Below are positions 34,801 to 46,500 of a DNA stretch of 64,000 nucleotides, piece after piece. The position numbers and the translations under genes are program-made. The notes below the pieces were generated by a model. That model saw nothing but the letters and a program-made list of their open reading frames with translations, was not told the origin of the DNA and searched no databases. The stretch is taken from contig NC_092677.1 in assembly GCF_964355755.1 (NCBI RefSeq), positions 10,934,101-10,998,100 on the forward strand, written 5' to 3'. The stretch's first letter is position 1. The number at the start of each line of letters is the position of its first letter. Origin of the DNA: Antedon mediterranea. Lineage: Eukaryota; Animalia; Echinodermata.

Positions 34801-36031
34801 TATCTCGGAACTGTATAAATATACTGTATGCTGTCATGTTGGATGAACAGGTAATAATAATATTATATAATTATAGAGATATTGCCTGCTTGGAGGTTAA
34901 AATACCATTTGACAACCCAAATTTTAATGCGAGTTCCTCAAGGGCAATATAACCTGTTTTATTGACCAGGTTTTCGATCCTCGGAAAAGTAGTCATGCCA
35001 TTTCATGTTCATGTACATTATTTACACAACCTAACACAATGTAATATATTAAAAACCTACCACTTTCTTCTAGTTTAGATACAGCTGCATGTGTATCAAA
35101 TATCAGTCTGTCTGCATGGCCTGTAGGAAGAATGCTCACATCACGGCTACCGTAGCATAAACACCGTACAGCAACTTTAATAACCAATCATTTTCAATCA
35201 ACAAGAAAAACACAAACACTACAATTTATTATTTAGTCTACCAATGGCCTAGGCTCTAATAAATATAAAGTATAAATTAGGCCACTTAATCAATCACTAA
35301 GGCTACTGTACATAGGCCTAGCCTGCCTATATGTCATATTTTTCATTATATTATATCCTTTTTCCTGACAGGTAATTGTCAACATTGCATCAGTTTCTAC
35401 TCTAGTTTCTACCTACTACCAACTAGGCCTACTAGAGAGGGTAGCCTGATCTGGGATGTTTAGTGCCAGCCAGGTGTCTCACTTTTTAGTTCAAAATTAC
35501 TCACGTTTAACATAAAAGTATTTTGTAATTTGTAAAATTTATTTTTTTGTTAATCATGTATTTTTTAATCAAGGAAGTTTAATATTTAATAATAAGCCTA
35601 AGTATATATGCTAATAATAATATATTAATTTACAATTTCCTCAACTCAAAAATCAATATTTATAATATTTAATAATGAAAAAACAAAACAGATTTGCTCA
35701 AGTTCAAAAAAATATATTTTATCAGTACATACGAAATGGGCCGAAACGTCCATAAAATGGGACGAAACAACGATGCAGCTACTACCGCCTGGCACAGGCT
35801 AGACCTAATCCAATACTTTAGACACCACAGACAGCACAGTGTGTATGAGCCTAGAATAATCTCAACAAAAAACAGTGAGCCTAGATTATGTAATCAAACT
35901 TATTATCAACATTGCTTACCTACTGATACAACATGACTTGAAGTTAATTTTTTACTGGAAAAAGAGTGCTGAATTTTACATAAAACGTCTTTATTAAGCG
36001 GTTTTTTGAAAACTCTTACGGAGGCTGCCAT
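31851..36031 (-). CDS. CCDC90B: CCDC90B/MCUR1-family mitochondrial coiled-coil protein. Exons 36031-35920, 35174-35061, 34716-34613, 33894-33793, 33255-33214, 33002-32931, 32832-32718, 31909-31851
   Basis: The spliced reading has [95 protein letters not shown] and a C-terminal TM segment ..LMLGAYRLF. The N-terminus is basic and presequence-like. GT-AG junctions are in frame. It could equally be named MCUR1. Confidence 0.88.
32253..32420. repeat. Minisatellite, 24-27 bp x ~6-7 (CAGGATTGATGAACCCTGACACTAGGT)
   Basis: Tandem copies that give the spurious NPDLVPG ORF. Confidence 0.8.
34020..34357 (-). mobile_element. tRNA-derived SINE inserted in a degenerate MITE copy (~33965-34416)
   Basis: Minus-strand head has A-box TGGCCAAGCGG and B-box GGTTCGAGGCC. 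The body (ggtaaccccctact...gtgtacactggacctacggtttatagtccttatccga) recurs at 48835-48945. MITE halves flank it. Confidence 0.75.
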
Positions 36032-36259
36032 TTTGTCGATGACATAAAACATTTATTTTATTTAAACATCGTAGAGGGCTTCTATCGAAAAAAGAATGAT
36101 GCTGATTGGTCATTGTTTTAAAACTCATTTCTGATTGGACAATGTTCTAAGAGCGGCAGTGTTTAAATACCAAATTTTATTTGAGAAATTTAAAAGGCCA
36201 GAATCCGCACACATTTCATTCGGTTTTTGTCTCGACTATTTGGTTCAATTTTAAACGAA
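36032..36259. promoter_or_regulatory. Compact bidirectional promoter with two CCAAT boxes and a CDE/CHR-like element
   Basis: 228 bp between divergent ATGs; ATTGG at 36105 and 36134; AGCGGC-agtg-TTTAAA at ~36152-36167. Confidence 0.6.
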
Positions 36260-37777
36260 ATGGCTTCACAAAACATAGATCCAGCTACGGTGGTTCCAAG
36301 ACGTAAAGAAAATACAACATCAGTGACAGGAAAACGAGATAATCACTCGGTAACAAAAAGGTATGGCTAGCCTAGCCAGACAAACAATAAATGGTTGGCT
36401 TCTTAATCTTGATCTGATGCATGTGACGTGTATGTAGCCTATCTGTGTGTGACTGGTTGACCTAGGCTAGGCCTAGAAAAAAATAGATAGTAGAACTAAA
36501 ATTATTTAAGTTTGAGCATCCATCATGATAAATTGAAATAAATAGGCCTACCCTAGGCCTACCATAACATTATGAATTTATGGAAAGGCCCCAGCTTGCC
36601 CAATATTTTATTTTAAAGTGACTTTTTTAACCAAACAAATCTCTGTATTTTTTACCATTTTTATTTCTTTCAGATTACAAACTGATCTTATGACTTTAAT
36701 GGTAAGTATGGCAGGGTCAACTGCATTTCATATTTAATTTATTAATTGATCATTGTCGATTTAAACCCATCCTTAAATTGCACAATTATGTGACTACACA
36801 AATTTAAATCTTTTTATACACAGATGAGTGGAAGTAAAGGAGTTTCAGCTTTTCCAAATGGAGATGATATGTTCAACTGGGTTGCTACAATTCACGGTTC
36901 AAAAAACACTGTCAGTAACAACTATGGATCGCACCAACTGAAAATAAATTTATATACCTAGGCCTAGGCTAATTATTTATCATTAATATTCAGTATACCA
37001 CTGGGCTGTTTAGAATTTGTTTTTTGTGCCTGTTAAATTATTTATCACTAGGCTAGTACTAAACATATAATCTTTCACAAACTAATTCTTCTATGTTACG
37101 AATCCGTCCTGAATCTTGTGCTTATTGTATTAATACAGTATGTTTATATAGATTCAAGATAAAAACAAATAGATTAACATGGAGGACTTCTTATTTCATA
37201 TTATTAATAATAGGCATATGAAGACATGTCCTTCAAGCTTAGCCTGGAATTTCTGAATGGATATCCGTACAACCCACCAACCATAAAGTTCGTCACCCCA
37301 ATATTCCATCCAAACGTTGATCAGCATGGTAACATCTGTCTGGATATACTGAAAGAAAAATGGTCACCTTTGTACGATGTCAGGACCCTTCTTTTGTCAT
37401 TACAAAGTTTACTGGGAGGTAATAAATACAATAATAGTCTTGTATTGTACAGTATTAAATAGAGATTCGTTTGTTCCTCACTGTATAAAAGAAATACTAT
37501 CTATCAATATAAATTATTAACAGAAATAACACTACTGAATTACCAAAGTAATATACAATTAAACATATATAGATTTTAGTGTTAAAAAAGTACAGTATTC
37601 CAGTACAACTACTGCAGAGGAAACAAAAAAGTTTTTTTACATTAATTGTATTTTTCAGAACCTAATAACGAGAGTCCACTGAATGTAAATGCTGCTGAAT
37701 TGTGGGAAGACCAAAAGGAATTTAGACGAGTTGTTCGTGAGAAATATGAAAAGAAAACGAAGCCATCAACGAGCTAA
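36260..37777 (+). CDS. UBE2C: Ubiquitin-conjugating enzyme E2 C. Exons 36260-36360, 36674-36701, 36824-36910, 37214-37418, 37659-37777
   Basis: MASQNIDP N-terminal extension, [55 protein letters not shown] (catalytic Cys), [18 protein letters not shown]; in-frame GT-AG junctions. Confidence 0.95.
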
Positions 37778-38079
37778 AATTAAACGAAATAAAATATTTT
37801 TATATAGTATTTTTTATCATGCATGTCGTTATTAGACAATTTTAGTTTAGAACCTGTCCAGCGTAGTTTTAATGTAAATATTTATTTGATATAATCATGT
37901 GATTAAATAGTACTATTTTAAGTTACCATATTTTAATTAATAAAATCATCATGATAATACAGTATTTAAGATTATTTTAAAGTTTTCATTTTATTATGAT
38001 TTTTATTACATGTACAAAAAGAGTAAATAAAAGGTTTGGTCATATTTAGTCTTGTTTCTTGAATTTGTACGCTCTGTCC

Positions 38080-38438
38080 AAAGATTATATAGTGCCGCGA
38101 GATAGGTAACTGTTGCCAAGCTCCTATCTTATAACACTACGCGCCCAGTAAATCCATGGACGCCATTCGGGCGGACAGGTTATTGTGATTTAAATGTAAA
38201 TGGTTTAAAGTTTGCGGTCCGCCTCGAAGTATCTGTGGTTAACCATCTTTATGATTGATTCATGGAAAAGGGAAGAAATTATGTAAACAAAGTAAAATAA
38301 TTTCTTTGGGATCTGGACACTTTCTGATTCCGATTGGTTAGACAACTTTATTCCGGTTCAAACTTGTCCGCCGGAATGGCGTCCATGGATTACAAAGGTC
38401 TCACCCAGTTACCTATCTTGCGGCGCTATACAATCTTT
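38080..38438. mobile_element. Non-autonomous DNA transposon with long TIRs and a 9-bp TSD (Mutator-like)
   Basis: aaagattatatagtgccgcgagataggtaactg ... cagttacctatcttgcggcgctatacaatcttt. Inner inverted repeat atccatggacgccattc/gaatggcgtccatggat. Perfect TSD GCTCTGTCC at 38071-38079 and 38439-38447. Confidence 0.9.
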
Positions 38439-40525
38439 GCTCTGTCCAGAACGAGCATCCAACATCAAACCCTAAAGGGACACTTTCCTGTGAAATGAAC
38501 ATGGGAAATACAGTATCCAGCAATTGCTGATCATTAGGGACCTTAGAGGTTCACAAGAAAAACATATACACAAGATGCTCTACATAAACAAAGTCTTATT
38601 ACAGAGTGAGTGAGAGTGGAGTTGTAATTTTGTTCGAAGAAAACATCCTGACATGTGGCATCATAACCACCAAGCCACAACTCCTCTCAAATGACCTGTT
38701 AAAACAAAACAGATTTAAAAAAAATGACAATACTATAGGAAACAGTGATGTATGTTTTTTTATTTTCACCCACTGTAATTCTGGTTTGCATACAAGAATA
38801 TTTAAATTAGCTAGAGTTCACCGAATTTCATGTATGAACACCAGGAGACTAGACGTTGAGGGCGCTCTTACACGATGAGTTGTTCAACAGAACGTCTTGT
38901 TCTTTTCGGTTTATGCCGTCTTTGCCACCTGTAAAGCTTCCTATATAATCTACTTCAAACAAACAACTCCTTTTTGAAAACTTTTTTCTGCTACAGAAAA
39001 ATATTTAAATTATTAGATGACAAATCTAGTCATCTAATCGTTACAGACTTCAAATATATTAAATGGATTATCAGGTACTAGTATTTAGTTGAATTGTTTA
39101 TGACTAGACAGGAATACCACACGACAAATTTTCAACATAAAACACATGCATCATACAAAATAGCAAAAAAATGTATAAATTCAATTTGTGTTGGCCATAG
39201 TCGATACATGATAAAAAACCCAAATGCAATAAATATCTGCAAGGCTTTTTTAAATAGATCAGGTTACAATTGAAAATTATTAAATTAAATTACATAATAA
39301 TACCACATCTATTTTTCACATAATACAAAATATTTTATTTGAAATTGATTAATACATATAGCTTACATAATTTAAAAACTATTCCTAGTTACATAATAAG
39401 CAAAATGTATTCTATATAGTTTTTAAGGCATTATTAGGAAAAATTAGTGCCTTTGAACACAAAGGCAAAGCTGTAATGAACATAAAATTGTATTTTACCA
39501 AATTACTAGTGCCTTTTTAAATTAGTGCCTAATATCAAACTTGAAGGCAATATAAATACACCAATGAATATACTGTAAAGGTATAGTGTACCACTTTATA
39601 ATTAGTGTCTTATTCAAATAGTGCTTTGTTGTATACGTCATATTGCATTTTGTAATGAGATGTGCCTGTTTAGTTGTGGAGTAAAAAACACTCAGGTAAA
39701 GAATTAATAATTCATTAATAAATAACAAACATTAATAAATTATATTCTTCTATTTCATGTTGTATTTTGCTTTTAAAAACATATTTTTAGATTATATTAG
39801 AAAAATTAACAAATAAATGTCCATAAATAAGTATACAGTAGTAGTAAAGAAGCTAAATTAAAGATATTTTAGTATCTAAATAAAAAAAAAAAAAAACAGT
39901 TGAGAGAAAAATAGTGTTACTATAGTTCTGACAATTCCAATCGCTCCGCTATACAATCTTTTGCCGTGGAATACAAATTACATTAAAAAGGGTTTAGGAA
40001 TATAGTAAACCATTTAACCATTATTTTACTGTTTTAATATATTCCTATACCAAGTATATAAGTTTTGATTAATTGGTAAGTGTACATGACTTTTCTCATC
40101 ATAAAAAACAGAATTATATTTGTTCATATTATGTTGTAACACAACAAACACTGTGTCTGTTTTGTGTGACGATTTCCACATTTTAATTGCACGACACACC
40201 AGAGTGTGCACTTTTAAAAGTTTGAGAGTTTCCGTTTTGTGACTATGGAACTCTCTGATTCAGTATTTTTATACCTATATATCAGTATCATATTTGGAAA
40301 ACAAATTAAACATTTTTAGGCTTGTGTTGAACAATGGCGTCATGCAGGAGGCCTGGTTTAGCACTGTTAAAAGGCCCTCAAACGCTGGGTAGCTACATTG
40401 AGGCTGTTCAAGACTTGGGGGCCCCTGAGTGCTCATAGCCGTAAAGATTTACTAAAATTGTACACATTTTCTGTTGTGTTTTTTTCTTGTTTATGTGATG
40501 TTCAAATGATTTGCTTACTTTCAAC

Positions 40526-40674
40526 TACAGCAGAACCCTCTATTCTGGGGACATCTCTATTCTGGGGACACTTTCCTATGAAATGTATACATATTTTAAC
40601 ACTAACGCCCACCTCAATTCAAAGGACAACCCTGTTGGGTGCTGAAGGTGTGTCTTAATAGAAGGTTCTACAAT
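40526..40674. mobile_element. Degenerate Tc1/pogo-like MITE (TA-CAG..GAACC end, GGGGACAC repeats)
   Basis: tacagcagaaccctctatt ... aatagaaggttctacaata. Related gggacactttcctgtgaaatgaa fragments lie at ~29658, ~38477 and 51765-52140. Confidence 0.5.
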
Positions 40675-41573
40675 ATAACTAATTTGTTCTTCATGCATTT
40701 TCCAGACACATACATCAAATAGTGCTTACCCGATTGGCGCAATCATACTCCCCTATCTCCCACCCTACATACGTGATATTTATTTTACTTTATAAGCCAC
40801 TTCCAACCTCTATTGTTCTATTAATATATGTCCACTATACCATAATCCTTTACAACAAAAACAACTTTCATTTACAATATATACATCTTTTAAACATCTT
40901 AAATACAGGCAGATTTTGGGGATTAGGGTAGAGGGGCACTTGGCACAAGACAATAGCAAGCAATCAAAACAGTTAACAATGTGCAGCATCAAATTGCGTA
41001 CACTTCAGTACAAGATTCCTATGATATTCCAACAGGATTTGTCCTATTGTTAGGTCTCGTCTGTTTTGAGAGCTTGTTACCGAGATGTGGCACCCTTTAC
41101 TTATGTGGATTTACATGAACAAACAAACCCATTATTTCATCATACTTTGATTTCAGATGTTAAGACTCCCTGATGTACATAATATAATATTATCCCATTT
41201 TGAGCAAACCTCCTAATCAATCACATTCCTAAACACCATATTTGTAATGATCAAAATAGTATCATAAAAATTGTGATAGTAATTAAATAGGAACAAAAGA
41301 AACAGAGTGTGGATAATTTGTACGACATGTATAAATGCAGACGTGGTGCTTTGCAATTTTTTTTCGATTGGCAATGAAAAAATACAAATATGCAAACGAC
41401 AAAATAATGCTAACCTAAATGGTTACATATCAAACTAGTTTAAAAGCATACTCAAATTAACTTCAGTACATAAAAAAAATTAGTAAAAAAACTGAGACTT
41501 AATTATTGAAACCGGACATGTGCACTAGGACTAAAAAGGTTACCTATTACTAGTATAGTGAAAAACCACCATT

Positions 41574-41714
41574 AAGGTTTTACACCTGTTCCGGCACGGT
41601 TCCAGTCATAACGCTACACACGGCAATCAAAATGCATGTAGCCATGTGAAAATGAACTGTTCATTGGATTTGCGTCGGACCGGAACTGTGCCGAAACAGG
41701 TGTGAAAGACCCTT
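41574..41714. mobile_element. Small palindromic MITE
   Basis: ttacacctgttccggcacggttcc ... ggaactgtgccgaaacaggtgtgaaagaccct inverted arms, flanked by TTA-like triplets. Confidence 0.65.
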
Positions 41715-43080
41715 TAGAAACCATTGTAGTTAAAGAGAGTTGTCAATTTAAAAGGTAAGGGCCTAGGAACTAACAAGTCCATTACATCATGTATGAAAGT
41801 ACTGTATACACCATACACTAAGCAATAAAACACACACATTATGTTAGGATTCCATATTCATCAGAAATCACAATCAAAAGCTTTCTCTGCCCAAGGGTGA
41901 AATTTCTATTAATGCAACAACTTGTTGGTCCTTTAATAGAGAATTTCAACGGCACACAAACCCATCACGAGTAGCCAACACATTGTCAATTAGTTTTGTC
42001 TATATCTCAATAATAAACCTTTTGTTTTATATTCCACATAATATATTTTAAAGTATGCTTCAAACATTAAATAGGAGTCTTTATTCATGTTTAATTATTG
42101 ATTAAGGTAATTTTGTTAGCAGCTGCTGCAGTAACTGTATGATTGAATGGCAAATAGTATCCTGGTAGACTATGGACAATAAATATAGTTATGTATATTT
42201 TTAAAACCAGCACCTTTTACTAGGCTAGAGCAGCATAAATCGCATTAATAAATATCAGAGAGACGATTTAATTTAATTTTTTTGTTGGTTGCACACCGAT
42301 CATCTGTTATAAACTAAATTGATAATTCATTTAGAAAAATAACATAGCATATTGTTTCAAAAACTCAACAAAAATTGAAAATAATTGATTTGTTGTGATG
42401 GTACATTAAAATGTTTTTAATCTAACAACATTTCCACCTATAAACCAATCATTCTTAAGCCAAGCATTACCAACCAATAATATATCCAATCATTGAAAAC
42501 CTAACATTGTTAACTAACAAACGACTGTTAGTTTGCATGATATACAATCTTGTACCAAATTCATTTTAAAATTAAAATGTAATGATGATAATTTCAGTGA
42601 TCTGTAGTCATTTGACGGCCAAGTAGAATTAAACCCACTGTTTAGTAAGTAAAGCTCTGTTCACACTAGGTTTGCTAGGTGATATGAAAGGGGCATATAG
42701 CCGGTTTCAAGAACTGAGGATACCATTCTTAAAATGAAATTACAAAAACAAATGAAATAATTTCATGCTTTTGAGTTTTTGTTTTTTGTTGGTTTTTTTG
42801 TGCGTAAAATATTATAATTATACACTTTTTTTTTAAAAGATGAAAGAGTCTTTTAGGATTTGAAGAATGTATTGTCTAAGTGAATCTAATTTTACTATAC
42901 ATTTCCACTCGTAATTAAAAAAACTTTAGACAGCATCTATTATTACCGATCTGTATCAAAACACATTATATAGAGGATACCCTGATATCATTCTTGTTTA
43001 AGGTAAACAAATAAAGCAAGGCCTAGATATCTGTCATACATTCTGTAGCAGATACGTTAGGCAATGTATTGCAAGGCTTA

Positions 43081-43347
43081 AGCTCTGTCTACACTATCAA
43101 ACTTTATGTGACAAAAAAATGTGATATTCCCATATATGGACATGTCATATCAGTACCATACTTCGGAATATCACACTTTTTTGTCACATAAAGTTTGATA
43201 GTGTAGACAGGGCATTGCAAGGCTTAAGCTCTGTCTACACTATCAAACTTTATTTGATAACAAAATGTGATGTGTATGATGTCATCACTACCATATTTGG
43301 GCACATCACATTTTTTTTCACATATACTTGATAGTGTATACAGAGCT
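43081..43347. mobile_element. Two adjacent Harbinger-type MITE copies (43081-43213, 43227-43347)
   Basis: Each starts agctctgtctacactatcaaacttta and ends tgatagtgta.acag.gc. Confidence 0.85.
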
Positions 43348-43581
43348 TCAAAAATGTTTAGACAGAACACAAAGTGATTACTGTTGTCCTATCTTTTCAA
43401 GCCTTGCAAATACTTTTCTAGGCCTTATACTTAATCTATGTTTGTTCCTTGAATTTGCCTTTCTACCCTTGACCTAAAATTTAATTTTCTAGGCCTAGAC
43501 CTCACCTCAAGTCCACCAATTAACATGCCCCGTGATCTTTCTCTCCCTGTGATTGCATGAAATGTTGTAAGAATTGAATAG

Positions 43582-46500
43582 CTAACATACATAATCTTTT
43601 ACACTGGTAAAGGCACAAGACCCTAGGCCTACTTTTGACATCAGTTTGACGGTCTGCACAGCTTGACCAATTGCTAATTCCAGCGGTGGCTGACGAGGCA
43701 TATTGTGAGATTCTGTACGGAGAAAAACACAAATATAATTGGATATAAACACTTTTTAAAAGATATGTAACTATTTTCTAAATTTAAAGATATATACATA
43801 AATTTCAAGAGTGATTAGATTTACTGAATTTTCAATGAGGTGACAGCCTCACCTAAAATAGCACTATTGAGAGCAGCAGATACCGGTTCACGTTTGAGTG
43901 GGTCAAGTTGGAAGCCTACAGGACTATTCCATGGGTCAGCATAAGCAAGTAGACTAAACGCATCCTGAAAAGTTACAAAATCAGTTTTAGTATACTAGTT
44001 TGCATACATATATATTCAACATCACCATCTTCATCAAGCTCTGTCTACACTATCAAACGATATGTCCAAACATGGTAGTAATATGTCCATATATGGGCAC
44101 ATCACATTTTTTTGTCACATAAAGTTTGATAGTGTAGACAGAGCTTAAGCCTTGGCTTATTATTGTAAAAGTACCAAACAACTGCTTAATTATGTATGGT
44201 TCTCTTTATCTTAAACTAAGACCTGTTTCCTCCCCTCTACCCTTCCCCAATTTCTCTCGCCTATAAGGTCAATTTTTAGCCCCTTTCTGCCTTCCTGAAT
44301 GATATTAGTAAATTAGTCCACAAGCTCAATATTTGATAAAGAGGTTAAAATTGAGTTATCTTATTTTAAACCTCCTATGGCCATGTTATAAGTTGATATC
44401 TGTTTGTTTATTTTTCATGGCAATAAAAGTGAATGAATTGAATATTAGTATTATGTACTTACAAATAATGTTTTCCTATTTGCTTCATTGACGCCATGTT
44501 TTTGCTCAAGAAGATCGCTTGTACGTTGTAGATCTCTTCCAAAATTAAGCATGTGGTTTATAGCCTCTTCATCTCCACCACATAATTGGCGTTTCCTAAT
44601 TGGTATTTGGTTTTCCATATCTAAAAGATTATTTGCAGGTTGATGAAATGTTTTATGTGGTCAAAAAGAGTAAGCTTAAGGCCTCGTCCCAACCCCCAAT
44701 CCTGAATGATAGTGCCCATTTTGGGTAACTAATTATGGTAATTTCTGACTACCATTTTTGGTAATGATAAATAATTTCTTACCCATATCTTCTACATCCA
44801 TTCCATCATTTATATGACTACCATTTTGTACAGATGATGTCGACGATGTTCCATTACTAACACTAGAGGGCGCAACACCATTGCTAAAGCTTTTACCATT
44901 TCCGACATGATCGTTCAAATCTACTTCCATATCAACATCTGCATCCTCATTAATTATTCTACATCCTGAGCCGTTAATAACGTGTGAATTTGAAGAATTT
45001 ATTGCGTTGAGGTCCGAAGAAGAAGGCGATTTTGATACTTCTGTAACAATTTCCTTCTTGCTGGACATTAGTTTTGCGTGTTTAATATTTGTTGAGGAGG
45101 CGGGGCTTGATGGGCGACTATTGCTAGTACTAAGTGATGATGTTGAGTGGTCCATATATGTAGAATGCATTGATCTGTGTGGTGATGATATATTATTCCT
45201 GTGTGGACTCATAGATGGACTAGATTGCCGACTAGTGGATCGGGATCGTGGATGGCGAAGATTACGAATTTCACTATCAGAACCGTTAACCATTTCAACA
45301 AATTGTCTACATTTCAGCATGAACATTAAGTCGGGGTTTTCCTCTAAAAGCCCTGGATATAGTCGGTGTGTTTCGTTGATTGCCTCGCCCATTCTACCTG
45401 CAAGTACGAGTCTTTGAATTTCTGTGAAAATAAATACAAAATCTGGTATAAAATTTTTTTTAAATAAATTACAAGTGTAATAATAATGTATACCAAATAC
45501 AACTAACAGATAACTCCTTCACTTTTGGCTATATTGACAGTCCTATGTTGGTTTTACCAAATTAAATTGTGAACACAGTAAGGCTCTGTCTACACTACCA
45601 AACTTATGCGACAAAAACATTTGATGTCCTCATATATAGATATGATGAAGTTATCTCACAACCATATTTGGGTATATCACTTCCATATTTGGGGCACATC
45701 ACACTTTTTTTTGTAAAACTAGTTTGATAGTGTAGACAGAGCTTTACACATAAATTATCTTACTTTGTCGATTTTTAATTGAAGCGATTTCTTCATCAAA
45801 TTTTTGACCCGTACTTCTTCCAAAGGCTTCTGCAGTTGAGCAGTACCCGTGATGTACTAGATAAGTTGAAACTAACTGATTTAGTGTGCTCTGCCATTCT
45901 CCTTTACTGTTCTCTACCGAGAAACGTTCTATAGATGCTTTGGTCTTTAACGTCATTTCCTACGAGAAAACAAATTATTTAGAGCATGCCGAATTTTTCA
46001 TTTCACTTAATATTCAATTGACATAAAGCACACACTCTTGCAAATCAAGCAGCTCAACAGATACAAGATAGAAATAAATGAATTTATTCGGTCTTGTACA
46101 ATATAGTTCAAGGGTAGCACAGATTTGTGCATATAAATTTACCTAATGGAACAGGTTTCAGAACGTACATAATTTCTCATTTCATTTATTTGACATATTT
46201 TAATATTATAAAGTAAATTAGTAAAAATTGTCCGAATCATAGTGGGTTGAAGTGGGGCATGAACCCCAGATTTTAGTGCCCTTTGAAAGACCATGCGGGA
46301 GGACAGTGCAGGATTCGACCTCCGATACTGGTAGAGAACTAACTACTGTTCCACCGGATTTCAATGTAATATTATTTGCATATAGTGCCAAGACAAATAT
46401 TTGAACACAACAGGTACCAGCAACTTATATAATAAATCATACATACAGATCATATGCTATTTTATTATACAACATAGTACACATATATTACAGATATTAA

